DNA of 64,000 nucleotides, taken from Giardia intestinalis (Eukaryota). Below are positions 1 through 10,840 of the stretch, piece by piece; position 1 is the stretch's first letter; each line of letters begins with the position of its first letter. The position numbers were made by a program, and so were the translations under genes. The notes below the pieces were generated by a model. It was not told the DNA's origin, did not search any database, and saw nothing but the letters and a program-made list of their open reading frames with translations. The stretch lies in the NCBI GenBank assembly GCA_000002435.2, contig CM018792.1. The stretch is one strand, 5' to 3'.

Positions 1-301
1 GTACTCAGTCTGTTCACTAATAACCAGGCAGCGCACCCCTGCCAGCTAAACAACCAGTCCTCTGTCTCTTCGTAGGGAACAGGCAGAGCTACACTTGTTG
101 AAGGAGCTCGGGTGTCACGCGACGCACGAGGACGTATCCCTTCCAGTCTCTTGCACGACTTCTCCAGCTTGTACTGCACAGTGCGAGCAGGCAAGGTCGA
201 TGCAAAACCGTTTACAAACACCGAACGTGATACTTGGCACCCGCTGAGGTAGAGCAGGCACTGCTGTATCACTAGACATACACCGATGAAGCTTGACAAC
301 C

Positions 302-2755
302 CTACATCGACTTGGAGGAAATGAGCGTCATAGTACTGGGGGACGCATCGATGCGTCTGCCCCTAAAAATGAACCACCAGCAAAGGAAACCGACCAAGAC
401 ACCGACGACAAGCACGGCCATCGTTGTGCCTGCAGCAATTGCCACCAATTTCTTTTTGGTGAGCGTCTTGACCGGAGCGCAGATGCCCTTCGTGAGGACC
501 GCGTCGAGCTCGCACATGCACACCCCCTGGTTCGATGAGGCCCTGGCACCGCACCCTTCTGCACACGTCCGCTGGTCTACTTGAACGTTGTGGCCCGAGG
601 TGGCACACAAGAGGCACCTGCCCGACTCATCGCAGGCAGCACACGACGGCATGCCAGAGGGACACTCGGTTGGGAGCACACACCCGGACCTGTCCAGCGC
701 CGGCAGGAAGCCCCGCTCGCACCAGCACCTCCGCACGCCGCCGGACACCTCTCCCACCACCTTGTCCCCGGTGCACTCCTCCAAGCACGACTGCCCGTCC
801 AGGCTCACGAAGAGCTCCCCCGCGCACTCTGTGCAGAAGGAGGCATGCCCGCAGGTCTTGCACCCCGGAGTGGCGCAGGGCAGGCACGCGTCTCCGTATG
901 CGTAGTACCCGTCCACACAGGCACCGGGGTCGACGCAGCCCCCGGTGGCGGCACCTGAGGCCTTCTTCAGGAGCTTGTCAGAGGGGCACCTGGTGCAGCG
1001 GCCGGGGCCAGGGGCAGTGCACGCCAGACATGTCGGATCGCACTCCAGTAGCTTTCCATCGGGCGATATCCCGTACCCCTCCTTGGTCGTTGTGCACTTC
1101 CCGCCTGACTGCTTGTCACAGATAGTGCTTCCCGGATAGTGTGCCTTTGTGTAGCAGCCCCCGTTCATCAGGAAGGCCGCTCCTGAGCATGTAGTACAAG
1201 TACCATTTGCCGTGCTGGTACAGTACGCGTCTTTTTGTGTGTTCGGAATACACACCCCGTTGAGAGGGTACATATTCGAGTCCTTGCAGCGCGTGCAGTA
1301 CCTGCTGCCATCGATGGTGATGCCGCACTCTGCACAGTCGTCACCAACAGCGCACTCATCTACACACTTTGCATTATCGTCTGCAACGACTAACGACTCC
1401 AGGATCTTGCCGGGGCTGCACTGCTGGCAGCCGGTTGGTGTGCCATCCTTGCAGACAGCACATGAGTCCGTGCATGGTGTACACGTTCCGGAGCTGTTGT
1501 AGAACGTCGGCTTACAGACGCATCGACACGACACTTCAGTTGACTCGCTCCCCTCTGCTACCTTCGTGCACACTCCCTGAGTGTCTCCGCTGCAGCCTTC
1601 ACTGCAGGATCTCCCATCCACTCCTAGGTATCCCGTCGAGCACCGCGTACACGTCACACCGTTATTGTACCCGCATGTAGCGCAGCCACGCACACCACTG
1701 CTGGTATCACCGCACAGGTATCGGTCGCCCCCCTCAGCTTTAGAGAAGGTGAAGTTAAAATTGCTACGCCATTGCTTACACACTCCACCCGCTGCTTCCA
1801 GACAGAGCTTTGAACCAACGTGGGAGTCTCTGTTATAGCAACCACCATAGAACAAGAAAGACTTCCCAGTGCTGGAGCAGTCTGTGCACAACCCTCTACT
1901 TGCATCTTTCGTGCAGTCAGAAAACAGGCTTCTGGAGGCGCTTTCCCCGACGAGAGTGCACCCCCCATTCTTGGGTGCATGCGACGTGTTCACGCACTCC
2001 GTGCAGATCGTCACGTTGTCTAGCTCGTACTGGTTCGCCTCTGCGCATATGGCAAATCCAGTCGAACTGTGTCGGCTGTAGCATCCATATTCATAGAACA
2101 AATGTGTCTTGTAGCATGACGTGCAGTAACCATTGACGCAGTTGTGAAGCCCTTTGGCTTGACACTGATAGTCAACTGGACCGATCCCGTTATTCTGTTT
2201 AGTATAACTGCATTTAGTGCACAACGCTGTACCTATCTCGCCTTTAATCGGTTGGATGCAGTACAGGCAATCGGAAGCGCCCCTGTACCCTCCAAATCCG
2301 ACTGTATCGGAGCACAAGATACACCTTTCAGCTGCACTTGTGTCTGGGTTGGTAAAGACATACTTTTCAGTGGTGCTCACGTTGCACTCAGTGCACCTGC
2401 TGCTTGTTGCTTGACGACAGATCTCGCTCCCGATAGTAGATTGATCTATTGTATAGCAGCCACCGTAGAATAGAAACACGTTTTGCTCTGATTTGCACTC
2501 GACACACCGAGTCGGCGACGAGGTGTCATCTGGAACGCATGTAGAAGAATCATCCAGCAGCTGACACTTTCCATTTATCGGGACGTAGCCAGAAACGCAC
2601 TGGGTGCACAGCTCTTCCCACCCCATAAAGACACACCTATTCTGGGCGCAGCTATCCCTGTGTTTGTTACATTCCACACCGAAGTTGTTGTGATACGTGT
2701 ATGTGGAGGCCCCGCAGGAGGAGGCAAGGAGGAGTAGTGCTGGAAGACCTAGCAT
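302..2755 (-). CDS. High-cysteine membrane protein (HCMP), complete: signal peptide, Cys-rich ectodomain with CxxC and GGCY motifs, single TM, cytoplasmic tail FRGRRIDASPSTMTLISSKSM (not CRGKA)
   Basis: 817-aa ORF starting at ATG 2753-2755. N-terminal MLGLPALLLLASSCGAS is a signal peptide. Many CxxC/CxC motifs and FLFYGGCY repeats. C-terminal hydrophobic [28 protein letters not shown] followed by RGRR..., which distinguishes HCMP from VSP. Confidence 0.7.
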   Translation of the reverse strand: MLGLPALLLLASSCGASTYTYHNNFGVECNKHRDSCAQNRCVFMGWEELCTQCVSGYVPINGKCQLLDDSSTCVPDDTSSPTRCVECKSEQNVFLFYGGCYTIDQSTIGSEICRQATSSRCTECNVSTTEKYVFTNPDTSAAERCILCSDTVGFGGYRGASDCLYCIQPIKGEIGTALCTKCSYTKQNNGIGPVDYQCQAKGLHNCVNGYCTSCYKTHLFYEYGCYSRHSSTGFAICAEANQYELDNVTICTECVNTSHAPKNGGCTLVGESASRSLFSDCTKDASRGLCTDCSSTGKSFLFYGGCYNRDSHVGSKLCLEAAGGVCKQWRSNFNFTFSKAEGGDRYLCGDTSSGVRGCATCGYNNGVTCTRCSTGYLGVDGRSCSEGCSGDTQGVCTKVAEGSESTEVSCRCVCKPTFYNSSGTCTPCTDSCAVCKDGTPTGCQQCSPGKILESLVVADDNAKCVDECAVGDDCAECGITIDGSRYCTRCKDSNMYPLNGVCIPNTQKDAYCTSTANGTCTTCSGAAFLMNGGCYTKAHYPGSTICDKQSGGKCTTTKEGYGISPDGKLLECDPTCLACTAPGPGRCTRCPSDKLLKKASGAATGGCVDPGACVDGYYAYGDACLPCATPGCKTCGHASFCTECAGELFVSLDGQSCLEECTGDKVVGEVSGGVRRCWCERGFLPALDRSGCVLPTECPSGMPSCAACDESGRCLLCATSGHNVQVDQRTCAEGCGARASSNQGVCMCELDAVLTKGICAPVKTLTKKKLVAIAAGTTMAVLVVGVLVGFLCWWFIFRGRRIDASPSTMTLISSKSM

Positions 2756-3443
2756 CGGTTTTTTGATTGTGGAAAGCTGCTGCAGCGTTTATCCAATAGA
2801 CTCTTATGTGCATAAACTCGCCACTCAGCAATGTCTTGGATAAGCGCCTCTGGCTTTGCCGAGTGGAAATTCCTTGAGGTCTACCCTCTGTTCTCTTTGT
2901 TTGTCTCTGTAAATCTAGAGCTTGAGATGCTGCTCTTCGCAGAGATGCGCGTCGAGTGGGCGGTTTCCTTGGGGGCCATGCAACGGGAGACTTGAGTAAG
3001 CTTAGTTATAAGTCCACTATCAGAGGCACTGTCCGTAAGTGCTGAACGGACTGGGCACACAATCTGCACGGTTGAGCCCCGGAACGTGGGCCATCGACAC
3101 TTCTGATTCTGGTCACAGTGAGTGTTATCCTCTTATGAGCAGATGCGCATGGAACCTGTGGCAGGGGAAACAGGGTTACGAGAAGCTGTGGCGATCATGC
3201 CCAGATAGCCGTGGAGGGTACATAAGAATCCATGTGTGGGCGCTCTAGGCATTCCAGGAGGACCCAGTAGAGGCAGCAGTCGATGTCACTGCTAAAAAAT
3301 GACGGCCAGCCGACTTCTCGCCTCTGTGTGGTGGTCCTGAACAGAGCACAGCTGAGGCTTGTCGGCGACTTTTCCTCTTATCCAGGCAGATTGTATGAGA
3401 GCATAGTGAGGTTACATAACGGTGGACGCGTTTACTACCTGAG

Positions 3444-5186
3444 TCACGCCTTCCCCCTACATATGAACCACCAGCAGAGGAAGCCGACGAGGCCCCCCAC
3501 GACGACGACCACGGCGACGGAGATCCCCGCGATGGCGCCTGTGCTGAGGCCGCTCCTGTTGGTGCCAGAGGACACACACTTACCATTGTCTAGACTGAAG
3601 CCACTGTTGCACTCCCCACATATATTATCCATCACACAGCTCTTACAACCACCCACAGAGCACAGGACACACCCACTGCCGTCCCTGTTGGGCTTCCTAT
3701 CACTGTCACAGGAGGTACACACAGCAGCAGCCATACCACCCTCAGTCAGAGCTGTTGGGGCTGTGCACTGTGAGCAGCCATCCACCCCCACGTATGCCTT
3801 AGCAGTATCACCAGTGCCTGTCAGTGTGCCTAGGGGGTTGCTACAAGCCAACACGGACTGATCAGTGTTGGATGCCCCTGGGACCAGGAAGTACTTATTA
3901 CTTGCTGCCTCTGTGCATATCCCATTACTACTTGATGCCTTGCACATGAAGCTACCTGGTTCTTGACCAACCTTATAACAGCCTCCCATATATAAGAAGT
4001 ACCCTTGAGCACACTGTGTACATGTATGACTGTCACAGGTATTAGTTCCTTTCTTATTATTATCACTAGTACATATACCATCAATAGGGAACTTATTAGC
4101 CTCTCCACAGTAAGAACAATAGTGCTTTGTGGTGCCCTGATCATCTATTATCATGGCATCACAGGCGCCAGAGGTACCACCGCAAGCCGTTGTATCCTCG
4201 CAGGTCTTTGTACATGTGACCCCAGTTGAAGGGGTACCGTTTTGCTTGTAGTTGGGCTTACAGGAGTTGCAGGTCAACGAGCCAGAGAAGGTGCACGTTG
4301 CACATCCATCGATGCCCCCCTGTGCATTATCACAAGCAACGCACTCACCAGTAGGACCACTGCCTTTCATGAAGAATCCAGGCTTGCATTTAGTACACTG
4401 ATTATTGCCAGTTTGAGTGCAGGTGGCACAATTATCACCACAGGCTGCGCATGTAACCGTACCACTACCACTACTGTAGTATCCAGCTAAGCACTCTGAG
4501 CAGGTTGGATTGGCACTTGCTGTCTTCGTGCAAGCCTTACAGCCAGCAATGCCTTTGTTCTTTGGGTCTGATCCGCTGGTATCGCTGCACAAGACACACG
4601 CAGCATCACCATCTGCCTTGAAGTGATCAGCATCCTCGCAGCCAGAGCTTATATCGACGCATGTCGTGGTGCCATCGATGGCCGTCTTCACCTTCTTATT
4701 GTTATTACAGGCGGTGCACTGGGGCTTACTGACAGTCGCATTGTACTTACAGGTAGTACATGCTTGATCTATCGTACTGCATTCCTTGCACGTTCCAGAC
4801 TCTGGGTCTGGATAAACGGTGCTCGTGCATTGATCACTAGTTACGCAAGTCTTATCACCCTTCAAGTACTTCCCCTCTGGACACGATGTGCACTGGGCCG
4901 CCGATGTCTCACAGGTCAGACAAGTACCATCACACTTGCTACATGCCTGAAAGTCCTTGTAGTACCCTGCTTGACAGGCAGTACACGTGGCTGCCCCCTT
5001 ATTACTATCTGACTTGGTGCATGTGGCGCAGTTAGCCACCCCCGTATACCCATCTGCTCCCGTGGCATCATGACAGAGTATGCACTCCCTTCCCTTCTCT
5101 GGTGCTGTAGCAGGGTTCTGGAATACGTACTTGTTATCTGTCTTACAAGCAGTGCACAGTCCATTACTGGCTGCTGTGCATATCAC
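3444..5186 (-). CDS. VSP cassette U1 (family A N-terminal body, C/D-type C-terminal block), 5'-truncated: no signal peptide; ORF opens at GTG
   Basis: 580-aa open frame. ...[16 protein letters not shown] then stop TGA at 3444-3446. Polyadenylation motif ACTCAGGTAGTAAAC at 3430-3444. Begins ICTAASNGLCTAC... with no ATG or signal peptide. Confidence 0.8.
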   Translation of the reverse strand: MICTAASNGLCTACKTDNKYVFQNPATAPEKGRECILCHDATGADGYTGVANCATCTKSDSNKGAATCTACQAGYYKDFQACSKCDGTCLTCETSAAQCTSCPEGKYLKGDKTCVTSDQCTSTVYPDPESGTCKECSTIDQACTTCKYNATVSKPQCTACNNNKKVKTAIDGTTTCVDISSGCEDADHFKADGDAACVLCSDTSGSDPKNKGIAGCKACTKTASANPTCSECLAGYYSSGSGTVTCAACGDNCATCTQTGNNQCTKCKPGFFMKGSGPTGECVACDNAQGGIDGCATCTFSGSLTCNSCKPNYKQNGTPSTGVTCTKTCEDTTACGGTSGACDAMIIDDQGTTKHYCSYCGEANKFPIDGICTSDNNKKGTNTCDSHTCTQCAQGYFLYMGGCYKVGQEPGSFMCKASSSNGICTEAASNKYFLVPGASNTDQSVLACSNPLGTLTGTGDTAKAYVGVDGCSQCTAPTALTEGGMAAAVCTSCDSDRKPNRDGSGCVLCSVGGCKSCVMDNICGECNSGFSLDNGKCVSSGTNRSGLSTGAIAGISVAVVVVVGGLVGFLCWWFICRGKA

Positions 5187-5208
5187 CCACTATCACACAC
5201 TGCACAGC

Positions 5209-5225
5209 ATTCACTACCTAAGTCA
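5209..5225 (-). promoter_or_regulatory. VSP stop codon plus extended polyadenylation signal TGACTTAGGTAGTGAAT (AGTRAAY core); representative of a site repeated after every cassette
   Basis: The motif immediately follows or overlaps the TGA after ...CRGKA in every unit. U1 has ACTCAGGTAGTAAAC at 3430-3444. It matches the conserved Giardia VSP 3' element. Confidence 0.75.
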
Positions 5226-7046
5226 CGCCTTCCCTCTACACACGAACCACCAGCAGAGGAAGCCGACGAGGCCCCCCACGACGGCGACCACAGCCACGGA
5301 GATCCCCGCGATGGCCCCCGCGGAGAGCCCGCTCCTGTTGGCGCCAGAGGACACGCACCTGCCACCCTCTAGTCTGTACCCATCACTGCACTGGCCGCAC
5401 TTGTTCTCCTCGCTGCACCTGACGCACCCGTCGATACTGCAGGCGATGCACTGGGAGCCGTCCAGGCTGGGCCTCTGGTCTTTACTGGTACAGCCCTCGC
5501 ACTTATCGCCTGCTCCACAGTGCGAACATCCACTAACGGTACATGCGAAGCACCCGCTCCCAGCCAGGTTGGGCTTGTTGTTGCCGCTACACGCTGTGCA
5601 CGTGGCGGGGGCCATGCCAGGAGCCTCTAGCTGTGTCGGGGCTGTACATGCTGAGCAGCCATCTACTCCCACATATGCCTTAGCAGTATCACCAGTGCCT
5701 GTCAGTGTGCCTAGGGGGTTGCTACAAGCCAACACGGACTGATCAGTGTTGGATGCCCCTGGGACCAGGAAGTACCTATTGTTGGCCGCCTCTGTGCATA
5801 TCCCACTACTATCTGCTGTCTTGCACATATAGTTGCCAGGCTGAGCTGATACACTATAACAGCCACCCATGTATAGGAAGTACCCCGTAGTACATGATGT
5901 ACAGACATGGTTGTTACAAGTATTACTTTGAGCATCACTATTACATATACCATCGATAGGGAACTTATTGGTCTCTCCACAGTATGAACAATAGTGCTTT
6001 GCATTGCCCTTATCATCTATTATCATGGCATCGCAAGCTCCAGAGGTACCACCACAAGCTGTAGGATCCTCACAAGTCTTGGTACATGTGACAGAGCCAG
6101 GACTGCTATCGCTCTGCTTGCGATAGTTGGGCTTACAATCGGTGCACTTGAAAGTATTGCCATCATTCGAGCAGACACTGCATCCATCGATGCCACCTTT
6201 GGCTGTGTCACTACAAGGGACGCACTCCTTTGTTACACCCTCGGTTTTTAGGAAGTATCCCGGCATGCATTCAGTACATTTGTTAATGTCAGTTTCAGCA
6301 GTACACTTTGCACAGGTATCAGCGCATTTCTTCGTACAAGTATTAGTCTCAAGAAAACGACCCGATAGGCATTCAGAGCACGTTGTTTTGGTACCTGCCT
6401 CCTTGGTGCATTTGTTGCAATCGGCAACACCCTTGTTTGTATTCTCATTATTTCCACTAATATCACCACATAGATAACAGGCTGAGTCATCGTCTGCCTT
6501 GAAGTGATTCTCATCCACACATCCAGAGCTCATATCAACACAGGTTGTCGTTCCATCCAGCTCTGTCTTTACCTTCTTATTACCGCAGTCACTGCATACC
6601 GGCTTCTGTAGCTTTGCATCGTACGTGCAAGCAGTGCACTCTGGTATGCCCCCCTGCTCTGCTGCACCGTTACAGGCTGTGCACTTGCCGGTGCTTGGGT
6701 CGGGGTACTGGTTATTATCGCAGGTTTTTGAGCACGACCCGTCTGACTTCAGATAGAAGCCCGCTTTACAAGATGAACACTGATTCTGACCGGCCCCGGT
6801 ACATGTGGCACAGTTGTCATTACATTTGGTACATGCCTGAGAGTCCATGTAGTATCCATCTCTGCAGGTACTACACGTGGCAGGTCCTGTACTACTGTCT
6901 GACTTGGTACACTGTGCGCAGTTAGCCACCCCCGTATATCCATCTGCTCCATTGATATCGGAGCACAGTATGCACTCCCTTCCCTTCTCTGGTGTTGCAG
7001 CCGGGTTCTTGAACAGGCCGTTAGCTGTATTACACTCAGTGCACAC
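5223..7046 (-). CDS. VSP cassette U2 (family B), 5'-truncated; identical to U5 and U7
   Basis: 607 aa ending [10 protein letters not shown], then TGA and ACTTAGGTAGTGAAT. The ORF 'M' is GTG at 7044-7046. The frame is open upstream only to a TAG in the spacer (W-S-E-I-CTKAEGGVCTEC...). Confidence 0.8.
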   Translation of the reverse strand: MCTECNTANGLFKNPAATPEKGRECILCSDINGADGYTGVANCAQCTKSDSSTGPATCSTCRDGYYMDSQACTKCNDNCATCTGAGQNQCSSCKAGFYLKSDGSCSKTCDNNQYPDPSTGKCTACNGAAEQGGIPECTACTYDAKLQKPVCSDCGNKKVKTELDGTTTCVDMSSGCVDENHFKADDDSACYLCGDISGNNENTNKGVADCNKCTKEAGTKTTCSECLSGRFLETNTCTKKCADTCAKCTAETDINKCTECMPGYFLKTEGVTKECVPCSDTAKGGIDGCSVCSNDGNTFKCTDCKPNYRKQSDSSPGSVTCTKTCEDPTACGGTSGACDAMIIDDKGNAKHYCSYCGETNKFPIDGICNSDAQSNTCNNHVCTSCTTGYFLYMGGCYSVSAQPGNYMCKTADSSGICTEAANNRYFLVPGASNTDQSVLACSNPLGTLTGTGDTAKAYVGVDGCSACTAPTQLEAPGMAPATCTACSGNNKPNLAGSGCFACTVSGCSHCGAGDKCEGCTSKDQRPSLDGSQCIACSIDGCVRCSEENKCGQCSDGYRLEGGRCVSSGANRSGLSAGAIAGISVAVVAVVGGLVGFLCWWFVCRGKA

Positions 7047-7168
7047 TCCTCCCTCAGCCTTTGTACATATCTCACTCCACTATCATACTATCACACGCTA
7101 TCACCCATTATCACCCTCTATCACACATTATCACCCATTATCATCACTCATAGCATTCACTACCTAAG
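7047..7168 (-). repeat. Inter-cassette spacer (122-nt class) made of imperfect GTGATA-rich ~20-nt tandem repeats (minus strand GGGTGATAATGTGTGATAGAGGGTGATAATGGGTGATAGCGTGTGATAGTATGATAGTGGAGTGAG)
   Basis: On the plus strand: tatcacacattatcacccattatcatcac.... It recurs at 10841-10962, 12787-12908, 14604-14725, 16550-16671, 18367-18488, 23903-24024, 31549-31670 and 40871-40992. Shorter 36-, 59- and 67-nt versions occur at the other junctions. Confidence 0.85.
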
Positions 7169-9013
7169 TCACGCCTTCCCTCTACACACGAACCACCAGC
7201 AGAGGAAGCCCACGAGGCCCCCCACGACAGCGACCACAGCCACGGAGATCCCCGCGATGGCCCCCGCGGAGAGCCCGCTCCTGTTGGCGCCAGAGGACAC
7301 GCACCTGCCACCCTCTAGTCTGTACCCATCACTGCACTGGCCGCACTTGTTCTCCTCGCTGCACCTGACGCACCCGTCGATACTGCAGGCGATGCACTGG
7401 GAGCCGTCCAGGCTGGGCCTCTGGTCTTTACTGGTACAGCCCTCGCACTTATCGCCTGCTCCACAGTGCGAACATCCACTAACGGTACATGCGAAGCACC
7501 CGCTCCCAGCCAGGTTGGGCTTGTTGTTGCCGCTACACGCTGTGCACGTGGCGGGGGCCATGCCAGGAGCCTCTAGCTGTGTCGGGGCTGTACATGCTGA
7601 GCAGCCATCTACTCCCACATATGCCTTAGCAGTATCACCAGTGCCTGTCAGTGTGCCTAGGGGGTTGCTACAAGCCAACACGGACTGATCAGTGTTGGAT
7701 GCCCCTGGGACCAGGAAGTACTTATTACTTGCTGCCTCTGTGCATATCCCATTACTACTTGATGCCTTGCACATGAAGCTACCTGGTTCTTGACCAACCT
7801 TATAACAGCCTCCCATATATAAGAAGTACCCTTGAGCACACTGTGTACATGTATGACTGTCACAGGTATTAGTTCCTTTCTTATTATTATCACTAGTACA
7901 TATACCATCAATAGGGAACTTATTAGCCTCTCCACAGTAAGAACAATAGTGCTTTGTGGTGCCCTGATCATCTATTATCATGGCATCACAGGCGCCAGAG
8001 GTACCACCGCAAGCCGTTGTATCCTCGCAGGTCTTTGTACATGTGACCCCAGTTGAAGGGGTACCGTTTTGCTTGTAGTTGGGCTTACAGGAGTTGCAGG
8101 TCAACGAGCCAGAGAAGGTGCACGTTGCACATCCATCGATGCCCCCCTGTGCATTATCACAAGCAACGCACTCACCAGTAGGACCACTGCCTTTCATGAA
8201 GAATCCAGGCTTGCATTTAGTACACTGATTATTGCCAGTTTGAGTGCAGGTGGCACAATTATCACCACAGGCTGCGCATGTAACCGTACCACTACCACTA
8301 CTGTAGTATCCAGCTAAGCACTCTGAGCAGGTTGGATTGGCACTTGCTGTCTTCGTGCAAGCCTTACAGCCAGCAATGCCTTTGTTCTTTGGGTCTGATC
8401 CGCTGGTATCGCTGCACAAGACACACGCAGCATCACCATCTGCCTTGAAGTGATCAGCATCCTCGCAGCCAGAGCTTATATCGACGCATGTCGTGGTGCC
8501 ATCGATGGCCGTCTTCACCTTCTTATTGTTATTACAGGCGGTGCACTGGGGCTTACTGACAGTCGCATTGTACTTACAGGTAGTACATGCTTGATCTATC
8601 GTACTGCATTCCTTGCACGTTCCAGACTCTGGGTCTGGATAAACGGTGCTCGTGCATTGATCACTAGTTACGCAAGTCTTATCACCCTTCAAGTACTTCC
8701 CCTCTGGACACGATGTGCACTGGGCCGCCGATGTCTCACAGGTCAGACAAGTACCATCACACTTGCTACATGCCTGAAAGTCCTTGTAGTACCCTGCTTG
8801 ACAGGCAGTACACGTGGCTGCCCCCTTATTACTATCTGACTTGGTGCATGTGGCGCAGTTAGCCACCCCCGTATACCCATCTGCTCCCGTGGCATCATGA
8901 CAGAGTATGCACTCCCTTCCCTTCTCTGGTGCTGTAGCAGGGTTCTGGAATACGTACTTGTTATCTGTCTTACAAGCAGTGCACAGTCCATTACTGGCTG
9001 CTGTGCATATCAC
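7169..9013 (-). CDS. VSP cassette U3 (A body + B C-terminal block), 5'-truncated
   Basis: 614 aa. Identical to U1 up to ...AKAYVGVDGCS, then switches to the B-type tail ACTAPTQLEAPGMAPATC...SDGYRLEGGRCVSSGANRSG. CRGKA tail and polyA motif present. Confidence 0.8.
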   Translation of the reverse strand: MICTAASNGLCTACKTDNKYVFQNPATAPEKGRECILCHDATGADGYTGVANCATCTKSDSNKGAATCTACQAGYYKDFQACSKCDGTCLTCETSAAQCTSCPEGKYLKGDKTCVTSDQCTSTVYPDPESGTCKECSTIDQACTTCKYNATVSKPQCTACNNNKKVKTAIDGTTTCVDISSGCEDADHFKADGDAACVLCSDTSGSDPKNKGIAGCKACTKTASANPTCSECLAGYYSSGSGTVTCAACGDNCATCTQTGNNQCTKCKPGFFMKGSGPTGECVACDNAQGGIDGCATCTFSGSLTCNSCKPNYKQNGTPSTGVTCTKTCEDTTACGGTSGACDAMIIDDQGTTKHYCSYCGEANKFPIDGICTSDNNKKGTNTCDSHTCTQCAQGYFLYMGGCYKVGQEPGSFMCKASSSNGICTEAASNKYFLVPGASNTDQSVLACSNPLGTLTGTGDTAKAYVGVDGCSACTAPTQLEAPGMAPATCTACSGNNKPNLAGSGCFACTVSGCSHCGAGDKCEGCTSKDQRPSLDGSQCIACSIDGCVRCSEENKCGQCSDGYRLEGGRCVSSGANRSGLSAGAIAGISVAVVAVVGGLVGFLCWWFVCRGKA

Positions 9014-9049
9014 CCACTATCACACACTGCACAGCATTCACTACCTAAG

Positions 9050-10840
9050 TCACGCCTTCCCTCTACACACGAACCACCAGCAGAGGAAGCCGACGAGGCC
9101 CCCCACGACGGCGACCACAGCCACGGAGATCCCCGCGATGGCGCCCGTGGAGAGCCCGCTCCTGTTGGTGCTCGTAGACACACAGGAGGTCCCACTGCTG
9201 TCAGGGCTGTATCCACTGTTGCACACACAGACAGAGTTATCATCAGTGGAGTTGCTGGGGCAGCCATCCACGCATGACTTCCTCCCAGGGCTCACCTTCT
9301 TACCACTACTACACACCTCGCACATGTCATCCCTGTTGCAGTGGGAGCATCCACTAATGGCACATGAGAAGCACCCACTGCCGTCCCTGTTGGGCTTCCT
9401 ATCACTGTCACAGGAGGTACACACAGCAGCAGCCATACCACCCTCAGTCAGAGCTGTTGGGGCTGTGCACTGTGAGCAGCCATCCACCCCCACGTATGCC
9501 TTAGCAGTACCTTGAGGGTCTACTAGTGTGCCTAGGGGGTTGCCACAGGCTAGTACAGACTGATCAGTAGCCTTTGCTTCTGGGACTACGAAGTACCTAT
9601 CATTGGCATTGGGAGTAGTACAGACACCAGCTGTTGTTGCTTCGGAGCACATGAGGCTACCAGGCACCTCTGTTGCTTTATAACAGCCACCCATATAGAG
9701 GAAGTAGTTGTTGGTGCACCGCGTACATACACCATCGGCGCAGGTATTACCTGCAAGTGCATTGGTGCACTTCCCATTAATGGGGCCATAGCCGGCGCCA
9801 ACACACTTTGAACAGTAAGAGAGCATGCTGCCGTCGTTGCCGACCACGATGGCGTCGCAGGCCCCTGCTGTCCCCCCGCATGCAGTCTCATCTTCACAGG
9901 TCTTTGTACACGTATAGTCATCCCCTGCATCTCCATTAAGCTGTTTCTTATAGTTAGGCTTACAGTCAGTACATTTGAATCCACCACTGTTAGAGCATGC
10001 ACTGCACCCATCGCGGCCACCATTTGCTGTATCACTACATGAGATGCACTCACCAGAGGAGCTATCCTTCAAGAAGTACCCTTGCTTGCAGGTCGTGCAT
10101 TGGTCTTTTGTATCCTTAGCACAGGTGGCACAGTTCTCACCACAGGCTGTGCATGTAGCGGTATTACCACTTGCACTATTGTAATATCCATCGAGGCACT
10201 TTGTACATGTAGTTTTAGAGGAGCAGGTATCACAACCTAGAATCCCACCATTTTTAGTATCACCACATGGAACACAAGCTTTTGGAGATTGTTCAAGGAA
10301 GTGCGTATTGCCACTTGTGCACTCTGCCTCCGCAACACACGTCGCTGACCCATCGGGGTTCACCTTAAGAAGCAGGTTTCCTCCACTATTACACCCAGTG
10401 CACACAGGCTTCTGAAGAGTGTCGCTGTATGCACACGTAGCACATTCATTGACACTTGTGTCCGTGCAGGCCTTGCATTGGCCTGTTTTTGGGTCTGCAT
10501 ACTTACCATTGTCACATTGATTAGCATCCACACACTTGTCAGCCTTCAGGAACTTCCCCTCAACGCAGGCGGTACACTGAGTCGGAGTATCAGCTGAGCA
10601 GGCAGAGCAGCCCTCTCCGCACTTCACACATGCACTGTCCTTCTTAACGAACCCATCTTGACAGGCAGTACATGTGACAGGTCCTGCACTCTGTGGTGCC
10701 TGACACTGTGCGCAGTTAGCCACCCCCGTATATCCATCTGCTCCCTTGATATCATGACAGAGGATGCACTCACTACCCTTCTCTGGTGTTGCAGCAGGGT
10801 TCTTGAACAGGCCGTTATCTGCCTTACAAGTAGTGCACAC
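9050..10840 (-). CDS. VSP cassette U4 (family C with long C-terminal variant), 5'-truncated
   Basis: 596 aa beginning CTTCKADNGLFKNPAATPEKGSECILCHDIKGADGY. C-terminal block ...CFSCAISGCSHCNRDDMCEVCSSGKKVSPGRKSCVDGCPSNSTDDNSVCVCNSGYSPDSSGTSCVSTSTNRSG..CRGKA. Confidence 0.8.
   Translation of the reverse strand: MCTTCKADNGLFKNPAATPEKGSECILCHDIKGADGYTGVANCAQCQAPQSAGPVTCTACQDGFVKKDSACVKCGEGCSACSADTPTQCTACVEGKFLKADKCVDANQCDNGKYADPKTGQCKACTDTSVNECATCAYSDTLQKPVCTGCNSGGNLLLKVNPDGSATCVAEAECTSGNTHFLEQSPKACVPCGDTKNGGILGCDTCSSKTTCTKCLDGYYNSASGNTATCTACGENCATCAKDTKDQCTTCKQGYFLKDSSSGECISCSDTANGGRDGCSACSNSGGFKCTDCKPNYKKQLNGDAGDDYTCTKTCEDETACGGTAGACDAIVVGNDGSMLSYCSKCVGAGYGPINGKCTNALAGNTCADGVCTRCTNNYFLYMGGCYKATEVPGSLMCSEATTAGVCTTPNANDRYFVVPEAKATDQSVLACGNPLGTLVDPQGTAKAYVGVDGCSQCTAPTALTEGGMAAAVCTSCDSDRKPNRDGSGCFSCAISGCSHCNRDDMCEVCSSGKKVSPGRKSCVDGCPSNSTDDNSVCVCNSGYSPDSSGTSCVSTSTNRSGLSTGAIAGISVAVVAVVGGLVGFLCWWFVCRGKA

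Noticed and set aside
5187-5222. Apparent 'M' start codons of most cassettes in the ORF track (e.g. MICTAAS at 5186, MCTECNT at 7046)
   Set aside because: The underlying codons are GTG or TTG (e.g. plus-strand CAC at 5184-5186 and 7044-7046), not ATG. The frames are simply open back to a TAG in the spacer, so they are not real initiation sites. Only U9 and U10 have a fortuitous ATG, and still lack a signal peptide.
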